This document shows, one piece after another, positions 39,233 to 52,100 of a DNA stretch of 64,000 bases (its first letter is position 1; every line of letters starts with the position of its first letter). A program made the translations under genes and the position numbers. The stretch comes from Felis catus (lineage: Eukaryota), in contig NC_058368.1 in NCBI RefSeq assembly GCF_018350175.1, positions 32,304,001 to 32,368,000 on the forward strand, given 5' to 3'. Under the pieces are notes generated by a model. That model worked only from the letters and a program-made list of their open reading frames with translations. It made no database searches and had not been told where the DNA came from.

Positions 39233-41682
39233 AAAATGAAATTTATCTGTTCAGCCTGGAATTTTCTTTTTTGAAAGTAAGTGTACTTCCTCTATCATAA
39301 GAAAGATAATGGACACTTAAAAAATAAAATGAAAGCTCCATACCTAAGTTTCCAAGGAAAGTATATAGTAGAGAGACAGAATTGGCAGCGATCCAAGATA
39401 AATACGGAAGCATGCTTGGTAACTTGTGGCTACTCACTTGGTTTATGCTGCCCCCTTCATTTTCGATATTCGCTGTAGGATTATTTCTGCAAAAATCTTC
39501 TGAACCTCAGGTTATATTATCAAAAGAGATGATAATTACATTTACATAAGATATTCCTTTACAGGTCTTTCAGTTCATGTTGCACAAGATCCGTTTTATT
39601 TCTGTTGCCATAATTATCCAGTTATTTTATTCAATTCCTGAACAATCTAGCTTTCAATATAAACACTCCCAACTGTGTTATTTTCCTGATCTGCCATCTT
39701 CTGTGAGCAGTCCTGATGGGATAGACATTGAATATGTATCCATACATACGTATGTTATGTATGAATACACATTACTGTCGTGTTTCCTCTCTCAGCCATG
39801 GATCTATGCTCATCAGGGTAATCACATTATGCTTGGCTTTAGGTTCTTTCTTAGCCTCCACTGAGACTGTTTCCAAGTCTGATTTGTACAAGTCAATGAA
39901 CATTTTATTCCTAATCATAAAATATTCATTATTTGAACTAATGGTAATATAGTTTTCCTTTCCCTCTAACATAGTGATAGCTCATACCTTGTAATTTCTA
40001 AATGTATTGAACTGCATATTTTAAGCAATAAATGAAATGGATAGTTTTCTTGAATTGATCCTGTTTGTTTGTTCATTTGTTTGGAATAATAGCATGCAAC
40101 GTGGGAAGATTTGGGTGTGAATTTTAAAATTCTCATGACTTTAACCATATGAAAATTTAGTCTCATACAGTGCCTGAGGAACATATTCTTCCCTTGTAGC
40201 AGGCAGTAAAAGCAGATATCTGATTAGTAAAGATTGGTTTTCATTCTCAAACATTATGTTCAGACTCCTTTTCTATTCTTATTTACAAAGAAATTTATGT
40301 TTTACTTAGACCCATAAAATGTTTCTGGATTTTAAAAGACTCTACTAAAATTATAAATATTTGTTTTTAATTTTTCTAGAAATGAGAACTATTTATATTT
40401 AACAGGATAACAATCATATTAATATATAAAACCTATTTTTGTCAAGCGTTGTTGTAAGCTCCTTACATATATTTCCTCTTTTCCCTTGAATCCTTCACCT
40501 AATAAGCAACACAGATGTTAAAACTGCCAATAAATGGTTAATAGCAAATCTTCAATTTTTTCTTTCATTTTATGATTTTAGTGGAAGAAGGGGAATATCC
40601 TTGGAAATAAATGGATAAAGATAATCTGGTCAAACCTTCACAAAAATGTGCTAATGACAGAATCCCTAGAAGTCTCACGAATGCTATTTGCTAGCTGAAG
40701 AGTTCCTGTGTATGGAAAGATTTCACAGAATGTGCTGTGCTTAGTCTGTGTACAATACTTTGTACACAAACCTGGACTCATGGAATTTTGAAGGATGCCT
40801 CACGGAAAATAGTACACAGGCTGTGCAACAATAAGGGTAGATGTTTTAGGGCTGACCATCTCTCCGTTAAGTCAGGGTGATACATGCAAAATTTAGATTT
40901 TCAATATACTAACCTTAGTCCGAGTGCATCCTGAGAAGGCAAGAGAGGAACTCTGGAGATGTAAAGTCATTCTCAGACCTCACCCTGCTTCTTCTGAATA
41001 TTGTCCTTAGTTATTACTTACAATTAATAGTAAAGCCTGATAGTAAAATTTCGGGTTTGTGATAGTCTGATTTGATGTTCTGATACTTTGTGTTACCTAT
41101 GAAAGCTGCATTTTTACCTAAAGAAATATATGTAATCCATGCTTCCACCTCAATTCAAGAGCTTTATCACTTTATTTTAATCAGCTGGGATTTAAAGTGA
41201 AAGAGATATAGGTATTAAAAATATTTACATTACATAAAATGCAGATATAAAAGAAATATTGTATAACTCACTTAGTTGTTTTATAGAGAGATAAGTAATT
41301 TTATTCCTAACTCGAAATTTATATCATTAATAGCATAAAATTATAAATAAAAACTAGGAACTATATTGTGTTTGTGTTAATTACTTAATAATAATTGTCA
41401 TGCTTCATTCATTATCAAGCAGAAATTACAAACCTTCTTACCAGATTCTCCTACTATTTTATCAACCAGAGGGCATTATGGCAATCTCACCCTACTGAGG
41501 TTCAGAGTATTAAAAAATGAATATTTAAAATTAAAATATAGCTTGTCACACAGAATGAGCACCTGATGCCATTTATGAGGAACAGGTGGATGTTTATTCA
41601 GGCATGTTTGATGAAACAGTAGGAATTATTTCAGTTAAATATCAATGTCATTGCCATTAGAAAAGACTAAAACAAGAGCAAA

Positions 41683-41742
41683 ACACACACACATCACACC
41701 ACACACACACGCACACACACGCACATACACAGACACACAACA
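41683..41742. repeat. Imperfect (CA)n microsatellite
   Basis: Seen directly. Confidence 0.88.
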
Positions 41743-43680
41743 CGACATAGGAAATTTAAGGCACCTGAATGAATCAGATTTGGAGGATGGATTCAATCTG
41801 TCTTGATTACCTAAAGTAAGAAGAAGTAGCCTCAGAAATAGATCAAGAGAGTTTGACCTTTGTTGTTACACTGAAATGTGCATTCCTGCAGATGTCATTA
41901 TTCTTTGGCATTTTCTCTGGGTGAGTGGAACGTAATATCTTTTCAGGGGGGTTAGAGAATAAAAATGACTAAGAAAAGTATATGTCTTTGCATTTAATAT
42001 ATAGTATCTTGAGCTAACAAGTTAAAGCAGTTGTTTTAATGGAGAAAAATATACAAAATAAATAGTTGAATTAATCACAAATTAAATGTTCCTAACAGAA
42101 GAGTAAGAGAGGGAGAAAGAGACGGGGGGAGAGAGAGAAAGAATGTAAATGACCTATTTAAATATATTTTTATTTAAAAAATACTCCAGGATATTATGAT
42201 CTGTAAACATGTATCTGTATTTTTTACAACAATTATGGCAACTTAATACAGGCAAAATTAAGGTATGTTTTAGTACCAAAATACCACTCAACAACATACT
42301 ATATCAGCAACCATTCACACTGAATGATGTCGATAATTAATCTAATTTTCCCTCTGCTTCATTTTGTGTTCTATTAGTTTTCTTATTCAAACTTTCAAGT
42401 CACAAATCTAATTTAAAACCTCTTAACTAGTCTAACGTATAATGTGTTCTATCTGCGTTCAGTGTCTAGAATTGAGCAACAAAGCTGGAATACTAATTTG
42501 CTTCAGAGTGTGCAAAACACTCAATAATCAAATAATAAAATCCTGGATCCAGCACTTCTTAATGACATGACCAAATGAGTCCAATGCCTTGAAATGTGAG
42601 CATAAGTTAAAAAATAGAACAAAGAAGGATAAAATGATGTAAATGAAGAAGAGGAAAAAAATCATGCTAACCAGAGCAATATATTCAATATTATGGGTCT
42701 TCATTTAAAATGGTCCCTATTCAAGATAACAAGACTTTAAAGTTAGCAAGACATGTTTTGATTAACAGTTTTATTTAAAACTAGTGTTGCTATTTTAGTA
42801 CTGCCTCTTTATATTATATTCTGTCTCTTCTTTTCCCTGTCTATCAACGCAATTGCACACACATGCACACACACACAGTGTTACTATATTTAGGTTTAAT
42901 ATTTGAAGTTATTTTCCACATTCTCTTTATAAAAATCTGTATTGTTTCTCTCACTGAGGTAGGGGGCTTTTTTTTTTCCTTTCCTTTCTTTCTATGTTCA
43001 CATCCCCTTTGCTAAAATAAAGTTTATTTCTATATGCTCTCTTGAATCCAAAGTAAATAAAAAACCACACATTTCATAAAATGAAGAAACAGGATATGTC
43101 AGAAAAATTAACCATGTACTGAGTGATTAAACTATTTTGTGTAAGAATGTCATTTCTATTTTGTTTAAATGTAATGCAATTTACCAGACCATAAAGAACT
43201 CCTTAGATGAAATGGCTGTTTTCCAGGCAATGCTCCTGTGCTGCTGATTGCAATATATTCTGACATCTATGACAGTTTTATAATTCTCCTATTCTGTGCT
43301 CTGAAGTGTCCTTACTTTGCTGAAGGCTTTCTCCTGGGAAAAGTCACTGAAGTTTTCTGGACTGAAAGGACGATAAACAGTTTGATGGAAAAACAATATC
43401 ACCATGTGATGCAATCTTGTTGGTAATTTGCTTTACGTTAATGTAGGAAAAGTATTTCAAAAGACCTTTACATCAAGATTTAGAGGAGATTTTGTTTCTT
43501 ACACATGTAAATACTTTACGTGAAACATAGGGAAGAAAATCACAAAAAAGAAATAAGGACTCACCATACTTTGATAGCCTCTTCTGTCCAATACAAAACA
43601 TGTTAGAACAAGTTATATTATGCAAACCATTCAAAATATTGTATGTCAGACATTAAAATGAATTTGAGTACAATAATTTT

Positions 43681-43860
43681 TTTATTAATTTAAAGAGAGA
43701 ATGTGAGTGGGGAAGAGAGGTAGTGGGAGAGAGAGAATCTTAAGCAGGCTCCATGCTTAGTGCAGAGCCTGATGTAGGGCTTGATCCCATGACCCTGCCG
43801 TCATGACCTGAGCAAAAATCAAGAGTCAACACTCAACTGTTAGAGCCACCCAGGGGCCCC
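43681..43860 (-). mobile_element. Can-SINE, older
   Basis: gagagagaatcttaagcaggctccatgcttagtgcagagcctgatg...agccacccaggggcccc; degenerate TSD tgagtacaataatttt / tgaggacagtaatttt. Confidence 0.92.
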
Positions 43861-44244
43861 TGAGGACAGTAATTTTAATGATGATCACCTTAGGCTAAAC
43901 AACATGAATATATGCTTTGGAGAGTAGTTTTTCATAAATTGTGACCAAAGGTTTTACTGCTTGTAAAATCCTGTTAAAGAATGCTTAGTAAATAATATTT
44001 TTTCTTTATTTATTTTTAATTTTTTTTAATTTACATCCAAATTAGTTAGCATATAGTGAAACAATGATTTCAGGAGTAGATTCCTTAGTGTCCCTTACCC
44101 ATTTAGCCCATCCCTCCTCCCACAACCCCTCCAGTAACCCTCTGTTTATTCTCCATATTTAAGAGTCTCCTATGTTTTGTCCCCCTCCCTGTTTTTATAT
44201 TAGTTTTGCTTCCTTTCCCTTATGTTCATCTGTTCTGTGTCTTA

Positions 44245-44378
44245 AAGTCCTCATATGAATGAAGTCATATGATATTTGTCTTTCTCTTACTAATTTCGCT
44301 TAGCATAATACCCTCTAGTTCCATCCACGTAGTTGCAAATGGCAAGATTTCATTCTTTTTGATTGCCGAGTAATACTC

Positions 44379-44429
<51 letters not shown>

Positions 44430-47400
44430 ACATCTTCTTTATTCATTCATCGATGGACATTTGGGCTCTTTCCATAATTTGGCTATTGTTGATAGTGCTG
44501 CTATAAACATGGGGATGCATATGTACCTTCGAAACAGCATACCTGTATCCCTTGGATAAACACCTAGTAGTACAATTGCTGGTTTGTAGGATAGTTCTAG
44601 TTTTAATTTTTTGAGGAACCTCCACACTTTTTCCAGAGTGGCTGCACCAGCTTGCATTCCCACCAACAATGCGAAAGAGATCCTCTTTCTCCACATCCTC
44701 ACCAACATCTGTTGTTGCCCAAGTTGTTAATGTTAGCCATTCTGACAGGTGTGAGGTGGTGTCTCATTGTGGTTTTGATTTGTATTTCCCTGATGATGAA
44801 TGACGTTAAACATTTTTTCATGTGTTGGTTGGCCATCTGGATGTCTTCTTTGGAAAAGTGTCTATTCATGTATTTTGCCTATTTCTTCACTGGATTATTT
44901 GTTTTTTGGGTGTTGAGTTTGATAAGTTCTTTATAGATTTTAGATACTAGCCCTTTGTCTGATATATCATTTGCAAATATCTTCTCCCATTCCATAGGCT
45001 GCCTTTTAGTTTTGCTGATTGTTTCCTTCACTGTGCAAAATATTGATTTATTTTAATGAGGTCCCAATAGTTCATTTTTGCTTTTGTTTCCCTTGCCTCC
45101 GGAGACGTGTTGAGTAAGAAGTTGTCGCAGCCAAGATCAAAAAAGTTTTTGCCTGCTTTGTCCTCGAAGATTTTGATGATTTCCCATCTTACATTGAGGT
45201 CTTTCATCCATTTTGAATTTACTTTTGTTTATGGTGTAAGAAAGTGGTCCAGGTTCATTCTTCTACATGTCGCTGTTCAGTTTTCCCAGCACCACTTGCT
45301 GAAGAGACTGTCTTTATTCCATTGGATATTCTCTCCTGCTTTGTCAAAGATTAGTTGGCAATACGTTTGTGGGTCCATTTCTGGGTTCTCTATTCTGTTC
45401 CATTGATTTGGGTGTCTGTTTTTGTGCCAGTACCACACTGTCTTGATGATTACAGCTTTGTAATACATCTTAAAGTCCAGGATTGTGATGCCTCCAGCTT
45501 TGATTTTCTTTTTCAAGATTGCTTTGGCTATTCTGGGTCTTATCTCATTCCATACAAATTTTAGGATTATTTGTTCTAGCTCTGTGAAGCATGCTGGTGT
45601 TATTTTGATAGGGATTGCATTGAATATGTAGATTGCTTTGGGTAGTATTGACATTTTAACAATATTTGTTCTTCTTGTTCAGGAGCATGGAATCTTTTTC
45701 CAATTTTTTTTTTGTGTCGTCTTCAATTTTTTTCATAAGCTTTCTATAGTTTTCAGGGTATGGATTTTTCACCTGCTTGGTTAGATTTATTCCTAAGTAT
45801 TTTATGGTTTTTGGTGCAATTTTAAATGGGATTGATTCCTTGATTTGTCTTTATGTTGCTTCATTGTTGGTGTATAGGAATGCAACTGATTTCTGTGCAT
45901 TGATTTTATATCCTGCAACTTTGATGAATTCATGAATCAGTTTTAGCAGTTTTTTTTTTTTTGTGGAATCTTTTGGATTTTCCATATAGAATATCATGTC
46001 ATCTGCAAAAGTGAAAGTTTGACCTCCTCCTGACGTATTTGCGTACCTTTAATTTCTTTGTGTTGTCTGATTGCAGAGGCTATGACTTCCAATACTATGT
46101 TGAATAACAGTGGTGAGAGTGGACATCCCTGTCTTATTCCTGACTTTGGGGGAAAAACTCTCAGTTTTTCCCCATTGAGGATGATATTAGCGTTGGGTCT
46201 TTCGTGTATGGCTTTAACGATCTTGAGGTATGATCCTTCTATCCCTACTTTCTTGAGGGTTTTTATCAAGAAAGTATACTGTATTTTGTCAAATACTTTC
46301 TCTGCATCTATTGAGAGTATCATATAGTTCTTGTCCTTTCTTTTAGTGATGTGATGAATCACATTGATTGTTTTGCAGATATTGAACCAGCCCTGCATCC
46401 CAGGTATAAATCCCACTTAGTTGTGGTGAATAATTTTTTAATGTATTGTTGTATCCTGTTGGCTAATATCTTGTTGAGGATTTTTGTATCAATATCCATT
46501 AGGAAAATTGGTCTATATTTCTCCTTTTTAGTGGGGTCTCTGTCTAGTTTTGGAATCAAGGTAATGCTGGCTTCATAGAAAGAGTTTGGAAGTTTTCCTT
46601 CCATTTCTATTTTTTGGAACACCTTCAAGAGAATAGGTGTTAAATCTTCCTTTAATGTTTGGTAGAATTCCCCTGGAAAGCCATCTGGCGCTGGACTCTT
46701 GTTTTTTGGGAGATTTTTGATTACTAATTTGATTTCTTTACTGGTTATGGGTCTGTTCAAATTTTCTATTTCTTCCTGTTTCAGTTTTGGTAGTGTATAT
46801 GTTTCTAGGAATTTGTCCATTTCTTCCACATTGTCCATTTTATTGGCATGTTAATTGCTCATAATATTCTCTTATTATTATTTCTGTTGTGTTGGTTGTG
46901 ATCTCTCCTCTTTCATTCTTGATTTTAATTATTTGGGTCCTTTCCTTTTTCTTTTTGATCATACTGGCTGGTGTTTTATTAATTTTGTTAATTCTTTCAA
47001 AGAACCAGCTTCTGGTTTCGTTGATCTGTTCTACTGTTTTTTTTTTTTTTTTTCGTTTCAATAGCATTATTTTCTGCTCTAATCTTTATTATTTCCTGTC
47101 TTCTGCTGGTTTGGGGCTTTTTTTGCTTTTCTTTTCCAGCTCTTTAAAGCATAAGGTTAGGTTGTGTATCTGAGATCTTTCTTACTTCTTCAGGAAGGCC
47201 TGGATTGCGATATACATTCCTCTTATGACTGCCTTTGCTGCGTCCCAGAAGTTTTGGGTTGTGGTGTCATCATCTTTACTGGCTTCCATGAACTTTTTCA
47301 TTTCCTCTTTAACTTCTTGGTTAGCCCATTCATTCTTTAGTAAGATGTTCTTTAGTTTCCAAGTATTTGTTACCTTTCCAAATTTTTTCTTGTGGTTGAT

Positions 47401-48098
47401 TTCAAGTTTCATAGTGTTGTGGTCTGAAAATATGCACGGTATGATCTCGATCTTATTGTACTTACTTAGGGCTGATTTGTGTCCCAATATATGGTCTATT
47501 CTGGAGAATGTTCCATGTGCACTTGAGAAGAATGTATATTCTGTTGCTTTAGGATGATATGTTCTGAATATATCTGTTAAGTCCATCCGGTCCAGTGTGT
47601 CATTCAAAGCCATTGTTTCTTTGTTGCTTTTTTGATTAGATGATCTGTCCGTTGCTGTGAGTGGGGTGTTGAAGTCCCCTATTATTATGGTATTACTATC
47701 ATGAGTTTCTTTATGTTTGTGATTAATTGATGTATATATTGTGCTCTCACACTTGGCGCACAAATGTTTACAATTGTTAGTTCTTCTTGGTGGTAGACCC
47801 TTAATTATGATGTAATGCCCTTCTTCATCTCTTGATACAGTCTTTATTTTAAAGTCTATATTGTCTGATATAAGTCGGCTATTCCGGCTTTCTTTTGTTG
47901 ACCATTAGCATGATAGATGGTCCTCCATCCCCTTATTTTTAATCTGAAGGTGTCTTGAGGTCTAAAGTGGGTCTCTTGTAAACAGCATATAGATGGATCT
48001 TGTTTTCTTATTCATTCTGTTACCCTATGTCTTTTGATTGGAGCATTGAGTCCATTGATGTTTATAATGAGTACTGAAAGATATGAATTTATTGCGAT
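44245..48098 (-). pseudogene. L1 ORF2 (endonuclease / reverse transcriptase) pseudogene
   Basis: NGLNAPIKRHR, CCLQETHF, IIGDFNTPL, FSDHN (endonuclease); [33 protein letters not shown] and a frameshifted FADDM (RT); expected start reads ATC, with an early TGA and several frameshifts; 3' boundary approximate. Confidence 0.95.
44384..44426. repeat. (TA)n inside the L1 3' region
   Basis: Seen directly. Confidence 0.93.
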
Positions 48099-48205
48099 TA
48101 TGTTCCTTGTAGAGTTGGAGTTTCTGGTGGTGTTCTCTGGTCCTGTCTAGTCTTTGTTGCTTTTGGTCTTTATTTGTTTTGTTTTGTTTTTCATCTTTTC
48201 TCCCC

Positions 48206-48369
48206 TCAGAGAGTCCCCCTTAAAATTTCTCGCAGGGCTGTTTTAGTGGTCACAAACTCCTTTAATTTTTGTTTTCTGGTTCAGACATCTTGTTTGTGTC
48301 TGTGTTGGTTAACTCTCTGGCTGTCGTTTCTTCCTGCTTTTTATTTTGGGGTGAATTCCTTTGTTTCAT
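48206..48369 (-). pseudogene. L1 ORF1 remnant: N-terminal about 32 codons fused out of frame to the last 22 codons
   Basis: ATG at 48369 gives MKQRNSPQNKKQEETTARELTNTDTNKMSEPE; after the junction another frame reads KQKLKEFVTTKTALREILRGTL*, the ORF1p C-terminus. Confidence 0.88.
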
Positions 48370-48974
48370 TATTTGAAGGGTGAAAAGGAATTAATGAGGT
48401 AAAAAATTTAAATTAAAAAAATTAAAATTAATTATTAATATTAAAAAATTAAAACACACACACACGCAAAATGGAATAAACGATGCTAGATCCTAGGTGT
48501 GTTTTGGTCTGGGTGTTGAAAGGGGCTTGATAGATTAGAGAAAAATGGGGAAAAGAAAAAAAGGAAAAAAAAGGACATTGTTTGAAAATTTGAAAAACGA
48601 ATACACTGATGTAAACTAAAATGAAATGATGAAAGTAAAATAGAATTTGAAAAATTTTACACAAAATTAGAGAATATAGTAGAAAAAATAAAGAAAAATA
48701 TTTTTAATAAAAATTGAAAATTAAAATGATTTTTTTTCTCTTTCTGTATTCAAGAAAAAGAAAGGACATGAAAAAGAGAAAAAAGGGGAAAAAAAGAAGA
48801 AATTTAATAGATGGACCAGTGAACATACTGAAATAAAACTTAAATTACTTTGTTTTCCCCTAGAAGTCAAACTGTGTAGCGTTTAGAGTCCATAAACTAA
48901 GGCAGCGGAGAGATTGTGTCCTGAATAGCAGGGTTGACCCAGTTTGGCGGGGCTTAGTGTAATGGCTCCATTCT

Positions 48975-48987
48975 CCACTAGATGGCG
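48975..48987 (+). promoter_or_regulatory. CTCF-like motif in the L1 5' UTR
   Basis: CCACTAGATGGCG matches the CTCF core CCACYAGRKGGCR; motif match only. Confidence 0.45.
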
Positions 48988-50050
48988 ATGCTAGCGTACT
49001 GGGGTGAAGTGTTGTGGTGCTTGTAGGTGCCTATGAGCGTGCGCGGGAGCAGTGAAAATGGTTTACCCAGCTACCCGTTCTCTAGTACCAGAACTCTGTT
49101 CTCCTAGATTAGCAATTGCGCACTCGTCCTCTGTCTTCCGCTTCCGTCCACTCGCTGCTTTTACACCGTCCATGACCAAGCCGTAGGCGGCACCTCTCTC
49201 CTGAGTTTTGTCTCAGATGCTGCTGTTTTTCCCGACCTGTTACTTCTGAGGGACTGTGGCTTTGACCCGTTCTGCAGGAGGGTCTGACCTAGCAATGACC
49301 AGGTGCTGGCGGCACACAGGAATGTTTGTGTGACCGTGCTGCTGCCGAAGCCCAGAGACTGCAGCCAGGTGCCAGCCCACCCTAGAAAATGTTCGCGAGA
49401 TAGTGTAGCAGCAGCATTTCAGGGATTATGGAAAATCACAACACACATCTGGCACCAGGCTTCACCCTTAACGACCTGATTCCTGCACCAGCGAATGTGG
49501 TTGTTCTCCCGGGTCCACTGGCGCCTTTGCCTTTGGGGTACCCACAGGGCCTTTACCAGATGTCCTCCCAGCAGGGGACCCGCCTCTCCCCTGTGTGGCC
49601 TGAAGAACCCGGGACTCTGCTCCTGGGGATTCGCCCTTCTCACCGGAGCTCCACCAGGTAAGGAGGTGTGGAGTTTCAGACTCTGTGCTCCCCCGGTTTA
49701 TAGTCTTAATGGAATTTAAACCCTCTCCTTTCTCCTTTCTCTCTTTTTAGTTCGGTCCCTGTGGCTGTTTCCACTTTTCCACTTTCTCTCCAGCTGCTTT
49801 TTGGGGAGGGGTGCTTTTCCCCTATTCTCCCCACCACCTCCGTCCTCTCTCAGCACACAAAAGCCGCTCCCTGCCCTCCGGGGCTTGTCAAGTTCACCTC
49901 TCAGCGCCGCATACCTGCTGAATTCTGTGGTTCAGGCTGTGCAGATTGTTGTGTGAATCCTCAGCCCAGTTTTCTAGGTGTGCAGTATGGTTTAGTGTTG
50001 GTCTGGCTGCATTTCATTGACGCGAGACACACAAAATCTTCCATGCTGTA

Positions 50051-50060
50051 CCGCCATCTT
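50051..50060 (-). promoter_or_regulatory. YY1 site of the L1 internal promoter
   Basis: AAGATGGCGG about 14 nt inside the L1 5' end, the conserved position of the YY1 motif in mammalian L1s. Confidence 0.75.
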
Positions 50061-51394
50061 GGCTCCTCCCCTCAGTAAATAATATTTAAATAACATTTTT
50101 AGCCATCCATGAAATGCCTGTGAAGTATGCCATGAAAGTATCATGTTTCCATTTCAATAAAGGCAGGAATATAAAAATAAGTTCATATTTAGAATGTATG
50201 ATCTTAAATAACTATAAGGAAACATACGCAGAATAGTGAAATGTGTATCCAAAGGTCAGAATCACGAGAAAAGAAATTGCAATGCTGTCAAACAGGAAAC
50301 AACAACAACTGAATGAGTGGGTAAGTGCATGCATACTCATCCTAAAAAAAGCTATGGCACATACTGGCATATGCAAATATATAAATATTCACATGACCTT
50401 CATGTATAGACCAGTGGAAAGGATTTAAACTGGATCAGTGTTCAATGTGAAGAGTCATCTCAAACGAATTTTGTAAACAATTTTTAAACAATAAATATTT
50501 AATTTTATACACAGTGAATTTTAAGAACATGGACAATTCAGTTGTTAACTTTTTTCATTATAGAAGTATGATTTAATACTAGAAAACTGGAAATGAGGAG
50601 CAACCCCAGTCAATTATTTGAATCAGGAATTATTTTTCATGTAGAATAAATAGATTGCATGGAGCCCAGAATAAAGAGAAATAGTAATAAATTGTCCATA
50701 TGTTTCAGATCTATAACTTTCAAAGTTTATATGTACTATTCCACCCCAATAGCAGATGAAATATTTATATAAATAATTGTGTTTGTAGATGAGATAAACT
50801 TTCACATAGGCAGCACATGTAAATTGCAAAGGAAGAAAATAATACATTTTACAACAAAGTAACAAATTTGCAAATATTGTAATTGATTGGATATTCTTCT
50901 TTCCTTGCATTTTTTTTTCAAATTAAAGCCTTTTATTATTTTTAGAAGGAAAACTAACACCAATTTTGTATCACTGACTAATTTCAATATCTAGGATTGG
51001 GAAACCATAGCATAGCTATAAACCACGAATTGCAGTAAAAATCCTTGGAGACTTAAAATGTTCTTATTTGCTAAATTCATAATTGTGTTATCTGTGTTAT
51101 TTCTGGGTCTGTCTAAATCATTTATTTTTCTTTGTTATGGATCACGCTCTCCTGCTTTTTCTCATAGGCAGCAAGTTTTGATTAGATGTCTAGATTTTGT
51201 TTTAATGAGTATGAAATTTGAGTCCTGCAGCAAGTTAAGTTGCTTGGGAAAAAGCTTCACCCTTTTAAAATATGGTTTTGTTTTGTTGAGAGGATCTAGA
51301 GTAGCCTTTTTCTCTAAGGCATGAGCTTTGTGGCATCTTTGGCTGAGTGCCACAAGTGTTCAAACAAGGATGCTCTTGAACACTTAACATTTGA

Positions 51395-51910
51395 CTCATC
51401 AATCCCACTTTTAGGTAATACCTAAAAAAATAAAAATACATGTCCATGAAAAACTTACACGTGGCTGCTTAGAAGGACTTCACTCACATTAATCAAAATA
51501 TGCAAACAAAACATATGTCTACTAATTAATAAATGAATAAACAAAATATGGTATATCCATACAGTTGAATACTGAGCAAGAAAAGATAACTGACTAGTGA
51601 TAAATGTAAGAACATAAATGAATTTCAAGAAACATCATGCTGAAATAAAAAAAGCTAGACAGAAGTTCATGTACCAGATGATACCTATGTATGTAATTCT
51701 AGAAAAGGCAAACTTAATTAACAAAATACAAAAACAGACTGGTGGATATCTAGGGTTGAGATATTGGGAACGGACTCAGAAGGAACAGAAGGGAATATTT
51801 TGGAGAATCAAAGTATTTTATGATTGACTATGGTGGTACTGTATGGAAATAACATAGTCTAAGTTAAAAACAAATAGACATTTAAGACAGGTTCTTCTTA
51901 CATGTGAACT
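51395..51910 (+). mobile_element. Old L1 (L1MC/ME-type) 3' fragment
   Basis: aatcccacttttaggtaatacct...catgtccatgaaaaactt...aaatgaataaacaaaatatggtatatccatac...tctagaaaaggcaaactta. Confidence 0.75.
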
Positions 51911-51994
51911 GAACATAGTGAGTTAAGAAAGAAAAATATATACTTATCTGTACTTTTGGAACTTGAGCTAACTCACCTGGGTAAGCACAGCGCT

Positions 51995-52100
51995 ATGCTA
52001 GAAGAGCCCAGGGTTTGCAGTCATATATAATGGGGTCAAATCAATTCTCAGATAACAGTGGGCAAGTTAATCACTCTTTCTGAGTCTTAGCTTTACTAAG
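51995..52100 (+). mobile_element. MIR remnant
   Basis: agagcccagggtttgcagtca...ggggtcaaatc...tgggcaagttaatcactctttctgagtcttagcttt. Confidence 0.6.

Larger units (their letters stand above)
44001..50073 (-). mobile_element. LINE-1 (carnivore/felid) with both termini, 6073 bp, ORF1 internally deleted, ORF2 disrupted
   Basis: 5' end gaggggaggagccaagatggcgg; about 1.7-kb 5' UTR; A-rich tail; perfect 14-bp TSD agtaaataatattt at 43987-44000 and 50074-50087. Confidence 0.98.

Noticed and set aside
44439..47763. ORFs of 83-193 aa with endonuclease and reverse-transcriptase motifs, as an active or novel RT system
   Set aside because: They are frameshifted fragments of a single ordinary L1 ORF2 with a mutated start and in-frame stops
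49419..50078. Several short ORFs in the GC-rich region (ORF0-like?)
   Set aside because: They lie in the L1 5' UTR where GC content lengthens chance ORFs; ORF0 is described for primate L1 and I see no supporting similarity
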